This document shows, in pieces, positions 10,748 through 25,300 of a DNA stretch of 64,000 nt. The translations under genes were made by a program, and so were the position numbers. Position 1 is the first letter of the stretch. Each line of letters starts with the position of its first letter. The DNA is from Hormiphora californensis (taxonomy: Eukaryota > Animalia > Ctenophora): assembly GCA_020137815.1 (NCBI GenBank), contig CM035350.1:6076001-6140000 (forward strand), written 5' to 3'. Under the pieces are notes generated by a model that saw only the letters and a list, made by a program, of their open reading frames with translations, had not been told where the DNA came from and did not search any database.

Positions 10748-13700
10748 GGGTACCTTGATAAAAATATGGACCAAGCGGGAACACAACGGAACGTTGCTCT
10801 CTACTACTGGCCCTATACCTGCAAGCTACAACGGAGTACTCTTCTTCAGGCTCTCGTGATAGGTAAACGTGTACCTAATTTGAATTAATGCAGAAGACAC
10901 ATGTGAAATTTAGCCTCAAGTTGCTGGTAGTCAAAACAGTAGAGAGTCCTATATACAGCTAGAGAGTCTCCTTCTCTTCTCTTCTACACACAACAACACC
11001 ACGAAATGCATCTGAGCCTCATCACTCATACACTAACGCGTGTAAGTGTGAAATGGTCTTTGGCTGGAGTACGTAGATTCATTGCAAATGGATTGTGGCG
11101 TTCTAGAACTCAAGGTAGATTTCAATTCCAAAAGCACCACTATTGCCTTGCTTGTCGCACTACAGTTTAAGGGTAGACACCGCACCTTCACAAGTATCCT
11201 ATGCTTACTTCTCATCTTCTCTCTCTCTCTCTCTCACACACAAACACACACACACACACACACTATCTCAGTCTGAGCCTCATCACTCATACACTTAACC
11301 AGCGATGTAAAGTGATGAAAATGGTCTTTGGCTGGAGATTCGTAGATATGCAAATGCGATGTTTTTTGCTTGGCCGGTAGAACAAGGTAGATCTTTCAAA
11401 TTTCCAGAATAAAGGCACCACTAATTGTCTTGCCTTGTTCGGCAACACACATGTTGTAAAGGAGGGTTAGAACATAACAAGGCACCACTTACACAAAAGA
11501 TCGACTAAAGCGATCGAACAATGAACTATACTACTATAATTACACTATGAAGTGGCCAAACTAATTGGTGAAACAATAACTTGAAGGGAACTGTGCAGTA
11601 GGGATTTGACTATTCGGTAGGAAACCGACCATACAAATCATGAAAGGCCGGACGTTGCATCCTTCATTATGTGATGTTCCATGAACTGGTCCTAGACCAG
11701 AGGTTGGCAGCACAATTGAGTCTAGAAGGTACCCCAGTCATTGGCTCCATTGCAACCTATTCTCGCTCCGCGACGTCGATCTCACTCAGGTATCAATGTG
11801 GCCAACCCCAGTCAAGGCCCTTGACTTGACTCACTTAACTCAAGGGAGTTAAGTCCTTAAATTGTCCTAGGTAAAATGCAAAGCAAAGCAAGGCGACTAG
11901 GATAAATCCAATGTCGGGGATGCTGTGTGTAAACATTATATTCTGAATCTGACTAGGGACCTAGTGTGTGTATTTAAAAAAGGCAAGATATCACAAGGAA
12001 ACATGCATCTCTCTCGCATGCAACTTATGGAATGGCTTAGCTACCAGGCGAGAGAGATGCACATACGGAGGACAATACATGTTACCACTAACTAACATGC
12101 AGGAATAAACACAATTGTTTATAAAAATGGGTCTTTAGTCTTTACCATATGGTTAGAACACTAGAACAGTGTTAGAACAGATATTATAGTACATTCACTA
12201 TAAACAAAGAACACGAAGCGAACGAGTTGTGCTACTCAGAGTAGTACTCTCAATAAGATTCTAGCAACATGGGACATACAAATGACGTACATTTTTGTTG
12301 CCTTGCTCGACCAACAATATTTGTGCAGGTACATATTTAAATTATGTAGGTGAGAAAACGGTTGGTGGACTCTATATCTATAAACCCCAGGCGGACTCTA
12401 TAGCCTAAACTTGAACCCAAACAACGGCCCTAACACTTCTTAATAAGTAAAGCAGCACAGCAAACTCTCGTTTCCGGCCTGACGGCCGAAATCTCTAGTT
12501 CGCTGCGAATGATTTTAGCACTAGAGGACCCGCACACCGAAAAAAGGTCCTAATGTATGCTAGTGGAGCGCCCTAATATTGCCTGCAATTATACACGCCG
12601 AACTGAATACAGAAGATCATTGATCAGAAAGGTGATGTACAGGATGCACGAGGAGAGAAATGGGAGTGAGTGTGATTGGATGCTCAACATGTAATTCAGT
12701 ATACAATCTATAGGTACACAGCAGAGGCGAGTAACCTGGATTGACATGCAGTATAATGGAGATGGTGCAGGTGAGGTGATACTGGACCATCTCAGACCGC
12801 TTTTAGAGGACCCCTATCAGGACAAATTAGTAGGTTCTCTCATTATACCTATACCCCCATATCATTATATTATGTACAGTGAACACTGAACAGTCACTAA
12901 CTCAGTTAGTAGTATAAGTTAGTAACCGTGTGTCGTCTGTGTATAGGTGTTCGATGGTCGCTATATCTCTGATAACCTATACCACAAGTACCAGTGCACT
13001 CTAAACAGTCCTCTAGATATACAGGTTAGAATGTTGCCTATAGCAACAAAAGATTCACCAAGATTCCTAACAGATCACTAACATAGATCATGATCCATAT
13101 CTCTTATCCCTACTATAATACATCATTATTCCTACTACTCTTTTAGATTCTAGAAGTGACCAGGAGACTAAAAGGTCAATCCCTGGATGGTGATGTTTCA
13201 GATGTGTCCCTGGGAACCTTGGGGGCCTTCACCCAGGACCAGAGACAAGCGGACAACATCTGGCAGGTATAATACACCTATAGTAACTCCCCGATATGGT
13301 TCCAATGCGATATATCTCATTGGAAACATACCGGGGAGTTTCTAAAACAAGAAAGGTGTGTAGGAATAGGCCGGTATATGGGTCCTCCCTTACATTCACA
13401 CAATTACACTCACAATATCACATGGGGACCGGGAACGTTCTAACACAAAACATTTAAACCATATTCATATTGGCCGTTAATACACGGAGCTAGGGGCGCG
13501 ACGTGCCCAACATATTGCCAGCATGTCACAACTCACAAAGTACGGTATAAAAGTACGGTAAAATTTAAACTATAACAATCCACTCGATCATAAGTTCCAC
13601 TAATTTGGCACTCTATTATTATTCTGTCTGGGAGGGGCGTACTGTATAGTACAAACCATGAAACTGCCGCAACATTTGGTTATCGAACCATTATTGCAAC

Positions 13701-16360
13701 ACTATTGAGTCTCGGTGTCGATTGTTATTATAAAGTTATCAACTATAATATTATACTAGTCTATAATGTCTATTATGATAGACATAACAAAACCCTGCAC
13801 ATTCTGAATTACAGAGGGGGATAATATTGAGAGTAGTGATATGGAAATGTGGATGTGTGTCTGTGTGTGTATCACAACAAGGATCAAAGAGGGGGGGATT
13901 ATAACAGAGAAGACAAATAATGAATAATGCAAGGTATCTACGTGTTAAAGAAGGGAACACTCTACAGAGCTCTCGCCCAACATGCATTAAGTAGTAGGAA
14001 AGTATGGCCTACTGCTCGAGATACCTTCAATATACACATGGTGTGACATGTGTGAACGTGGCCGTGGCGGTGCAGCCTATCATGTGTGTTAGAATGAAAT
14101 GCTTTTGTGTCAAAGATGTTATACCTACACATAGCAGACGCTTTACTACTCAATTCTCGAATTTATTACTAGAAAATTACTACGCACTCATTTCTAGGAG
14201 TAAGTTTCACCTTCCGGCTGTACAAAATAAGTAGACTAGGGTTTTTATTGTAGAAGGACAATAAAATACCCGTCTTTCATTTTGTCCAGCCGGAAGGAGA
14301 AACCTCAACTTCCTTACTGATTATACGGGTAAATAAAAATCAATCGATCCTTATTCTCCGGAACTTATTTCTTTTATAAATTACATACTAATACATTATA
14401 CTAGGTAAACAAATTTCATATACAGTCGGACCCCGATTTACCGGAACCCCGATTTACCGGGAGGATAAACTTCCCCCAAACTAGTTTGGCCCATTTTCAC
14501 TGAAAATTTCAGATATTCGAATGTTCTAATTAGTCATGTCATGTGATCTCTATCGACTCGTGGATGGATACGTGGCGACTAATCGGGGTGATAGGTGCGG
14601 GGCGTGCGAATGGCAGTCTAACTTGGCAATAAGTAATATGCTAAGCAAAGCTTATTGTGTCGTTGAAACTGCTTATGGGCAGGAAAATTAGATCCATATA
14701 GGGTCAAAAATACATCACCCCGATATACCGGGCAAAGGGCTTCCCCCGAGGATCCCGGTAAATCGGGTCCCACTGTATGTAATATTACTCCCGGGAGGTA
14801 GCCGATTTCGGACATCTCTGGACAAGGGGGAGTGGGGGTTGACGCAATTAGGACTGTCCCAGGTTTTGAAGAAATTTTTCACTGATTTTACAAGATATAG
14901 GTGGACGAAACTCGGACAGGGGGAGGGAGGGGGTAAAAAATGACCCAAAAATCGTGGAAGTCCTTTTTGAATCGCCCCTAATGGAATAGCAGACTGCAGA
15001 GCATCTTTCGACCAGTGCGACCACTGCCAGAAAATACGACCAAAGACTCTCACTCATAGTCTGGAGTCAATACACACCGGCCGACGTAATATTATATGGG
15101 TGGTATTATCCAAATTATATTCTTTTTATAATCAATCGCCCGCCCCATATGTTTATGAGATTGAATGTAAATGTAAATGATGACACTTACAAATTGTTAT
15201 CAATATGAATCATATTGATAACAATTTTTAAGTTTCATCATTTACATTTACATCATATTAATGACTTAACACCACACATTACCACCCTTTAAAGTATTCG
15301 GGTAATAGCCTTGTTATTTTGTTGTTTAAAACTGAACTCTCCTTGCAGGGTACCACTGATGGAGTGTCAGATGGTGAAGCTGCAGAACTAATATCCCATT
15401 TGAATGATCGGGTATTCGAGTTGGTGGAAGGGTGCAACCCCAGTGTATCAGAGTGGGCAGACTGGTGGATACAAAGCGCCCGATACTGCCAAACTTTACG
15501 GTAAGATTATAATACACGCAGGTATATATTTGTATGATAACGGGGAGATAACAGATTACAAACAATGCAATTATAAGTCTTTGCTGAAACGAGAACGTAG
15601 ATAGTCGGGGCAGTAAGAGAGTGGTTTTTCTCTTTCCTCCACCGGTCCACGATATATTGCAACCATGTACACAAACAATTGAAACACCAGCTTCTCGTGG
15701 CCAAGACTAAAAGCACTTCACTGTCACAGTCACTATATCAACCAGTTTAACACCTTGATGAGAAAGCTCTGAGCTGCGAGATACCTCAGGTAGTAATTAG
15801 AATAGGGTCAGGCCAATGCTCTGACAGCGAGGTGGGGTAATTACTAGTCCGGGTATGCTTCAATCAACTTTGAAGGAATGCATTAATCTATATTGCCACG
15901 ATTGTGTATATACAGTTTTCCTGATCAGATGTATTACTGGCTTCATTACAATGACACACGTTGTACGCAACTCCGCAGCGATGTACATCATAGAATGAAA
16001 CAGTTATTGAATGGCATTATAGCACTACAAATACAAACAGGAGCAGTTTGTATTTGTACAGTACTCTTGGGAAATTGTCGAGCTCTCCCTGAGGACGCAC
16101 TTTCCACAAACAACAGATAGCATTAGGCATTAGCACTAGAATGTAAAATGTTCACGGATCGGTTTAACAAAAATATAGCCGGGTAAAAAGCAAAAAAGCG
16201 AATAGTGATGAATACTTATTATCAGTTGATTATTTACTAATTACTTTATCACTCAGGTCAAAGGAAAAACGAAAGTACGACACGTTTGATATAAACAGTT
16301 TCCTGCCCTGCGATGTCCTGAGTCTGCCCGGCAGGGACATAGGATTACGATGCTGCAAAT
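10748..16360 (+). CDS. Multi-exon gene, tentatively a divergent RFX-family transcription factor
   Basis: AG/GT-bounded coding-like exons at 10748-10862, ~11600-11789, ~12713-12769, 13147-13266 (ILEVTRRLKGQSL...QDQRQADNIWQ), 15349-15500 (LISHLNDRVFELVEGCNPSVSEWADWW), ~15601-15789 (AVREWFFSFLHRSTIY) and ~16257-16360. Order and residue pattern loosely resemble the RFX extended dimerisation region. Some phases do not join cleanly. Confidence 0.35.
12362..12538. mobile_element. Deleted copy of the 43713-44292 MITE family
   Basis: Shares GCGGACTCTATA, AACGGCCCTAACACTTCT, CAAACTCTCGTTTCCGGCCT..CGGCCGAAATCTC and the terminal TAGCACTAGAG..CGCACACC. Confidence 0.75.
13033..13047. promoter_or_regulatory. 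RFX X-box-like motif GTTGCCTATAGCAAC
   Basis: Matches GTNRCC(N0-3)RGYAAC. Confidence 0.5.
14423..14775. mobile_element. CAGTCGGACCCCGATTTA-family MITE, longer variant, TA TSD
   Basis: TA|CAGTCGGACCCCGATTTACCGG...CCGGTAAATCGGGTCCCACTG|TA. Confidence 0.85.
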
Positions 16361-16618
16361 GTAAGTGACTCTGAACATGCTAATGAGAAATGTAATTGTT
16401 TGTTTTACATGACCCTTTATTTTACCTTTTCTTATTCCTACTACAAGCTATACCCCCTTTCTGAGATAATGAGATATTTCACCCCAGCTTGCTCAATCTC
16501 AGAATCTTGTTCCCAGCTAGCTGTACATGACCTCCCCTGCTGCACTCACTGGCCAATAAAGCTGCCCTAACAAAACGCGGGGTGTATCATAACGAACCAC
16601 TCTCTCCAAGCTCTAACC

Positions 16619-17648
16619 GGTTCCCTTGCACCTCGGGAGATCTCCGCGGGAGATCTCCCGTTGATCTCCCAGAAAAGTATAATTTTTTACTTTTTGTTGA
16701 AATTGGAAAAATATCGGTTGTTACCGACTAATTTGGACCCGCTGAACACGATCCAGCCCTCAGAAAAGCTCTCAAAAGTCAAGAACTGTTTAGGGTAAGC
16801 TGGGGTCAAAGTGGCCCACTTTTAACGTTTTAGGTTCTAAAATACGCAATTTATACAGCAGGAAGAAAAAAAATATATAGGCTATCCAATGAAACCTTTT
16901 CCTTTCAGCCGAGCTAAATTTTAAAATCTACAAGTTTTATTTAATGGGCTAATTAATCAATTCAAATAATTTGATGAGGCGTTTTTTGGAAAATTTGCAT
17001 CGGGGCAAAGTGGCCCAAGCCAATAGCATTGCTCGATTTTATCACGTGCCTGGTGTTGTTAGACGAAACGATCAAATTAGGGGCAAAGTGGCCCATGTTC
17101 TGCACCGGAACATGGGCCACTTTGCCCCTAATTTGACCGTCTGGACTAGATTTTTGTGCATTCCAATGTCACGTGGTATTGCAGGCGCCATTTCATTGGT
17201 CCTAGAGGTGGGCCACTTTGCCCCAGACCGAACCACTTTGCCCCGGAGACTGGAGAGTGGGCCATATTCGCCCCGATTTCACAAAATTGACAATTAAGAC
17301 AAAAAAACAATTGCCAATTTCTTCAAAATGTTTATACCACGTTTCAGAGAGTTATAAAGCCTAACTGGCAGTTTTTGCAAAATTAAAATCGGCCAACCCA
17401 AACAGAAATGACAGCAGTTTTAAAGCGAAAATTCGGAACAGAACGAGCAGGTCTCCGCTGGAGAAAAAGTCACGTGACCACATGTTATTACTAGGGCCAC
17501 TTTGCCCCATACATGGGCCACATTACCCCGTGGGCCATTTCGCCCCAGCTTACCCTATGTGTATTCTTAGCCGTGAACAAAAATTTAAATTTTGAGCATG
17601 TTCTTGGCTTTTGAGAGCTGCGGAGATCTCCCGAGGTGCAATGGAGCC
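16619..17648. mobile_element. Outer MITE with ~29-bp TIRs hosting a nested element
   Basis: GGTTCCCTTGCACCTCGGGAGATCTCCGC ... GCGGAGATCTCCCGAGGTGCAATGGAGCC. Confidence 0.75.
16793..17555. mobile_element. Nested 763-bp MITE flanked by TA, with repeated GGGGCAAAGTGGCCCA motifs
   Basis: TA|GGGTAAGCTGGGG...CCCCAGCTTACCC|TA; multiple motif copies in both orientations. Confidence 0.85.
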
Positions 17649-18938
17649 CGTAAAACCTGGGGCCGGTTCCCTTGCCTTGCTCGCTCGGCCCCTTTAAAGG
17701 AGGGTTAAAACAAAGCCCCCCCCCCTCAGATTGCGGAAGGATGCTCTCACTCGGTTCCTTCGCCCGGAGACGTTCCGCCAAGTGCAGGACATGTGATAGT
17801 GTATCCACCAGATGATGATAACATACTGACGGATTATCTGATGTTGTCAAGTGATGATGACTCAACATTAACAAGTGAAGCATTAACAAGTGAAGCGATT
17901 GAAAAAGAACCTTATACGCAGATGACCGGTATGTGAACGCTGTAAATCTTAAGTTGGACAATTTTAACTTAGATTTTAGTTGGTGTCTTACAGCCTATAC
18001 ATAATTTATTTAAGTTCTACCAAACAAACCGACTCTAGTCATGTATCGTTATGAAATACTAACAAGCTAGTTGTGGAATGAAATCGTGGCCAGATAAAAT
18101 GAATTTATACTTTATAGAACAAACTTCAAAGAACTTTGGGCGGCCATGTGAACACCTTTAAAACTGCCTATCCCTCTTACAACGCGGTGCTATACGGTCC
18201 CCCAATGTATCTGCATCTTGTTGAGACCCCATGATACTCAACATTCAGCATCAAGTGGCTAGGTCCAAACCACTGTTCTAAAAATAGGAATATCCGCTTT
18301 TCAAAGCGACAGCTTGTGTGGATTCTAACCCTTTATCACCCTGATCGTCTGCATTTGAAATATCAAAGAGGGTTTTCTTAAAATAATAACACTTGATACT
18401 CCAGAATTTAAACTATAGAATAGATAGACAATGACATTATAGACAATTTAATAGTCAAATAATTATACAGCTATTCCGTTCATTACAACATACTATACTT
18501 GCCTAAAAGTTAGCCAAAGTATCGCTGTATAGTACCAAGATCAGAAATTAAGGAAATTCAAATTGCACCACATTTTGAGTTATAAGAGAGAAAATTACAT
18601 TAAGAATGAACTGACATTCATTAAAGTCATTGAGGTCATAACATGCTATTATTGTAGCAGCAAACAAGTTAATATCAGCTTTAATATGTAGATCTCTATA
18701 AATGCATATTTCTAGCTTTATCTATCACTCATCACTCTCTCTCACTCTCGCTCTCTCTCCTACTCTCACTCTATCTCACTCTCCAGCTACTCTCACTATA
18801 ATACTCAGCATGAGTATCTCTTTCTCTCTGACTTATAACAGTCAATAAATGATTGAAAGCTATAAATATAAGTATACGCATTATATTATATAAGTCACTA
18901 CATGCAGTCTATAGTCTCTCTCCCAGTTTACACACAGT

Positions 18939-19743
18939 TTATTTGTCCAGGATGGTGTGTAGTCGGCATAGGAAGTTGTTAGCGAACTCCGCGTAGCTCA
19001 CTTTCCCGTCCTTGTTGACGTCCAGAGCTACCAGAGCGGCCTCGATTTGGGTCTCTGTTGGTTCCTTGCCTGTAAAGAGGTATCTGGTTATATTGATCAA
19101 ATATAGTCCTGGAAACAGTTTGAAAAGAGCGTGGAAATGGTTCAGATTCTATTGACTGTTTGTCAGGTGGTCTGAGCATTTAAAGATCAATTAGGGAAAA
19201 GGAAAATGATAAATGAATGGCATGTGACTTACCAAGGAATTTGGACATGCCAAGTTTCAACTCATCCCTGGTGAGATATCGGTCTCCATCAGAATCCATA
19301 CCAGCAAAGAGTGTCTTGAGGCTGGATTCAGTTTCAGTGGATTGTAGTTTCATGCTAAGTGCAAGAAACTCATTGAAGTTGATACACCCGTCGTTGTCTT
19401 CGTCTACCTGTGTTTGGAGGGTGATATCCCGGATCAGTGAGGGGCAGCTGTGTGAATAGAAAGATATGATATCTATATCTATCACTAAATATGAGCATGG
19501 TTATCAAAGACACACGTGTATTCCCAATGACGCATCACATACCTCACTAAACTGGCACACCCTAAATTGTGGTGGTCCCTGTATGGCACTTACACTGGCA
19601 ATGATGCTACGAAGCTCCTGGGAGCTAGCGAACCCTCCAATACCAGAGAAAACCTGTTCCAGTTCATCGTAGGTTATCAGGCCGTTGTTATCCTGGTCGA
19701 ATTTGGAGAATGTTGCTCGGATGGCGGCCTCATCAATAGTCAT
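18939..19743 (-). CDS. Calmodulin-like protein with four EF-hands (151 aa)
   Basis: Exons 19594-19743, 19233-19407 and 18939-19069 join in phase. Loops DQDNNGLITYDE, DEDNDGCINFNE, DSDGDRYLTRDE, DVNKDGKVSYAE. Confidence 0.92.
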
Positions 19744-20859
19744 GGTGGTTAGCTGTGTAGGTTTCTATACAAGGAAGAGGGTAGTCATTGGTCAGTAAAT
19801 AGTAATATACAAGCCGGATAGTAGAATTCCGTTACGGCGGAAGAGTGCTCGATCGCGACAAGCGTCGGAGAGCTAGTTCCATACTAACAAAGAAAAAACT
19901 AATACATAATATATAGTTAATAGGTTCACGATTCAAATGGTTACGTAACCATTTGAATCTTTTCCCTTTGTATAAATATGTTCTAAAATTCTACATTGCA
20001 AGCTGTCATAAAACATAAATCATATTATATGCTTAAATTTAAGCATATAATCTTAATAAATATAGAATTTCTATTTTCAGAAACTGCATCTCGTACGGAG
20101 CTACCGATCATTCGAGTTAATTCAGCACAAATTAAAAGTAGTAGAGCGCAAAACAAATTGGAATTAGTTTTGCTTAGTAATAGCGCTCTAGAGAGGAGCA
20201 CTGTAGCTGGATATAGAAAATATAATCACGTGATCGAGCCGTCAATATTGTAAGTGGTTGCTATTTCAGCACCACTGCCGCTTTATATTGATAGAGAGAA
20301 GAGACGACGAGAAGGAGAAAGATGTTCCATTGGCAATCTCCTATTCTCTATGCCAAACAAAAGAACAGGAAATATAAGTCGTTCGGCATGTTACCAAGTG
20401 TTTCATTTTGCTACCAAGAGTTATATATAATATGTGTAATATATAAGAAACAAAAGGACCACATTATATGCCTGCTATGAGAAAAGATTGTCCGAAAATT
20501 TATCATGCGAAAAACTCCAAGAATAACTTTTTATAAAGACACAAAAAAATTACAACTCCACTATGCATATATTATAGGACTCTTTCTCTAAGCTCTCTAG
20601 GCTAGAGTTCTTTGATAAATAATGTCAAGGGACTCTAGCCTATATGTATCATAAAGGATCTACCAGGAAATTTCACGACCAGATGAAAGAAAGGGGGTCC
20701 TGATCATGCACTGTCGGCACACTGGACAGAAACAATGACTATAATAACTCCACACACACACACTGCACAGCTGCTGCGATCACTACAAAAGTCCATAGCA
20801 ACTCTGTCATTTTCCTTTTCATGATGGCCATCCTCCTCTCGAGAGATCTCTCCCTGTCT

Positions 20860-21724
<865 letters not shown>

Positions 21725-22149
21725 TGATAGGGTGGTAGAGGAACTTTCAGAGTGTGATTATTAGGTCGCTCGGGAGTCAGTACCAGTACAGTTCTAGGAA
21801 ATTACGAACGGCCCCAACAATAATGCCTATTACCGATTCGGCCCTACCTAATCCTATAGCTGTAGTTGCCCTAATCCGCGTCGCTAATAATTCCTGTTTG
21901 GCGGTATCGACCCGATCTGAGCGCACTGTTTTGACAATCAAAACGGGGTCTGGCGCTAGACTGAGACAGATAGCTTTATAAATACTAGAACGTCATGTTT
22001 AGCTGGCTAGAACTATAAGTTGATGCGACACAAATATTAAGGGTCGCTCGACATGCCCAGTATAATAGTGGGGCATTATATCGATCTATGAGGTCCCACT
22101 AACCAGTGCACTCAGACAAAAGGCTGGGAGGGTGTGTGCAATAATTAAA

Positions 22150-25100
22150 AATATAGCCTCTCTCTCGCGTCATGAGGGAAGAAGGGGAGAGAGAGGGAGA
22201 GAGAGAGAGAGGGGGGGGGGCGAGGAAAAGAGGGGGAGTGGAGGGGGGCCCGGAGAGAGAGAGGAGGAGAGGAAGGGGAGAAAAAAATGAGAGAGGGGGG
22301 AAGAGAGAGAAAAAAAAAACAGAGGGGGGGGGCCCGGCCTCTAGCTATTTTTAGAGCTGTAAGACCTTTTGAGGGGCCCCAGTTAAAAACTCAAGTCTCA
22401 GTAGTACCAGTAGAGGGAAAAAAAAAAAGATAAGTCGGGGGGGAATGGAAAAGGGGCGAGTCAATTGTTTAAAGGGATGAATTGCCAGCCACGAAGTCTA
22501 TGGGTCCATTGGGTAGGAAAAACCCGTCTAGCTCGGTAAGCTCCCACCGGGCCGATGGTGGAGAGCTGACAAAGGACCAAACGGGGGACAAAGTAAAGGG
22601 GAGAATATGAAAATAAAAAGAAAAAAGGTTTTTGTTATCAGGGCGACATTTTGTAAATTTTTGAGGGCTAAAAATTTAAACTATCAGATTCTTTCTGACT
22701 TGATCAAAAATACCCCTGATTTAAAATTGACTTTTTTTAAAGAAACTTCAAAAGGGTGATGCGCTTATTAATAAAAAATTTTTATTCAGGCAATGAAATA
22801 GACAATTACCCCTTTTGAGAGATGAAGCGAGGGTAGAAATCACCCGCTTTGCTCAGGTGGCGAGAGATATGCGGGGAAGAAAAGCGAGTTTAGAGATAAA
22901 AAAAGCGCAAAACTACGCCCGGGAAAAAAAAGGGAAATCATAGCATTGTTTTTAAACCAAAATTATTCCTCAGCAAAAAAAACCCCCTCAAAAAGTCAAT
23001 ATTTGGTATCTGGGATAAAGGGTTTCCCGTCGACTGGGGTCAAAATAAAACCCGTTTAAATCGGGGCCCCGGGTTGCCCATAAGTTAGCCGAGAGTAGTA
23101 AATAGTACCCCTCATCCCTCTCTCTCTCTCTCTCTCTTCTCTCTCTTCTCTCTCTCCTTTCTCTCTCCCTCTCCCCTTTTTCCCTTCTCTCTCCCCCCTC
23201 TCTCTCTCTTTCTCCTCTCTCTTTTTCTCTCTCCTCTCTCTCCCTCTCTCTCCCTCTCTCTCTCTCTCTCCCCTCTTTTCTCTCTCTCTTCTCTCTCTCT
23301 CCCTCTCTCCTCCCCTCTTTTCTCTTTCTCTCCCTCCCTCTCCTCTCTCCTCTCTCTCTCTCTCTCTCTCTCCTCTCTCTCTTCTTCCTCTCTCTTCCCC
23401 CCTTCCTCTCTCTCTCTCTTCTCTCCCCTCTCTCTTCTCTCTTCCCCCCTCCCCCTCCCCCCCCCCTCCTCCCCCCCCCCCCCCCCTTCCCCCTTCCCCC
23501 CCTCCCCTCTCCTCTCTCCTCCCCCTAAGTAGCCAAAACCTCAAAATGCCCCTAAAAAGGCCCAAGGGTCACAGGGTATTATGGGGCCAAATCTAGGGGC
23601 CTATGTTGAGAAAAAATTTGTTTTTCAGGGGGGAAGGGAGAGAAGAAACATAGTCAAACAAAACAGAGAAGAGAGAGGGAGGGGGGGGGGGAAAAACGGA
23701 GAGAAAAACGGAGAGAGAGGGAAAAAAGGATGAGGAGGGGAAGGGAAAAGAGAGAAAAAAGAAGAAAAAGAAAAAAGGGGGGGGAAAAAAAAAACCCTTT
23801 GGGACCCCCCCAACAACGGGGTTTGCTGATAGGGAAGAATAAACATAAAGGTTTTTTTTATGTTTTTTTTTTTCAAAAAAAATTTTGTGTAAGGGGGGGT
23901 TTTTTTTATAGGAAAGGAGGGAAAAATGGGGTTAAAATTTGTTTTTTTGGAAAAAGGGGGTAAAAAAAATTTTTGGCGATATTACTTTTTTGGGCTTTTT
24001 TAGCAAATCTTTAAAGAAAAAATTTGAAAACCCAACCCCTTGAAACAAGAAAATTTTTTCTAAGGGGGCCAAGAAGGGTTCGTAAAAAATGAAAATTTTT
24101 TTAAAAAAAGTTTTAACAAAAAAAATCTATTTGGTGGGTGATCCAAAATTATTTTTGTTCCCCCACCCCGGGCTTTAATTTTATTTGTTAAAAGTTAACA
24201 TAATTTTGGGATGGGGGCCCCAAAAAAAAAAAAATGGAAAATTGAAAAGAAGGGGGCATTTGGGGAGGGAAAAGAAAAATTGGAAAATTTTGGCTCAAAT
24301 TAATTTCCTGATTTTAAACCAGGCTTAAATTTCCCTTTTCTGAAGGAGGATTCAAACCTTTTAGTTTTCTAACTTAAACCTAATTCCTGCCCCCAAAATT
24401 CCCCAAAAAAGCTTTTTTTTGGCCACTAAAACGGGGTTTGCGGCTCAGAAAAATCCCCAAATTTCCCGGAGCGCCCCGGGAAAGGAGGGTGAGGGGAAAG
24501 GGGGCAAACCAAAAAAATCCACCATTTTTAACAAAATTTTTTGGGGTTTAAAAACGTGAAACGCTTGGGGCGGGAAAAAGGTTCCCCCGAAGGGGGAAAC
24601 CCCAAAAAAAAAGAATTTTCCCTCAGGGGGTGGCATAACCGGGGTTTTTCCCCCAAAAATTTGGGGAAAAAATAAAGTTGAAAAAAAAAATTCAAAAAAC
24701 ACACCCCCAAAATTTTGGCACCAATAAACAAATTTTTGGAAATCTTGGGCCCCCCCTTTTGTTTTAAAAACTTGGCCTCTCTCCCCCGGGGCACAATAAG
24801 ATTTAAAACCCACACCCAAGGAAACAAACCCCCCCCCCCCTCCTCTCTTCTTTTTCCCCTTCCTTATTCTTTTCTTCCCCCTTCACTGTCTTTCTAGAGC
24901 CTTTTTCCCCTTCGCCCTCCCCTTTTCTTTTCCCCCCTCCCTCCCCCCCTCCTCTCTCTCTCTCTCTCTCCTCTCTCTCTATCTTTTCTTCTCTCTCCCT
25001 CTCTTCTCTCTCTCTCTCTCTCTTTTTCTCTCTCTCTCTTCTCCTTCATCTCTCTTCTTCTCTTTTTTACCCTCTCCCCCTCCCCCCCTTTTCTCACCCC

Positions 25101-25300
25101 TCTCTCTCTTTAGTTTCCTTTCTTTTTATTACTATCTTCATGGCTTTATATTTCATAAACTGGTCCCCCTCGGTATACAGGTTAATAACACAAAATTTTG
25201 GGCCCTATTTATTGAGAAATTTGATAGTTTATTTCTTCAGACCAGAGCTGATACAAAAAATTTTTTTTAAAAAGTAGGGGCGTCGGCGCCAGACCCCCGT
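22150..25300. other. Low-quality sequence with inflated homopolymer runs
   Basis: Runs of A/G/T/C replace normal complexity; ORFs are poly-G/K/F/P/E/R. Confidence 0.85.

Noticed and set aside
11011-11500. Apparent tandem duplication (11011-11195 vs 11272-11500)
   Set aside because: The second copy differs mostly by scattered single-base insertions, typical of an unpolished long read; the same applies to 49190-49410 vs 48290-48750.
18939-19743. Ctenophore Ca2+-activated photoprotein
   Set aside because: 151 aa with four calmodulin-spaced EF-hands; photoproteins are ~200 aa with three functional EF-hands.
22150-25300. G/A-rich ORFs and possible G-quadruplex region
   Set aside because: Degraded low-quality sequence adjacent to GA microsatellites.
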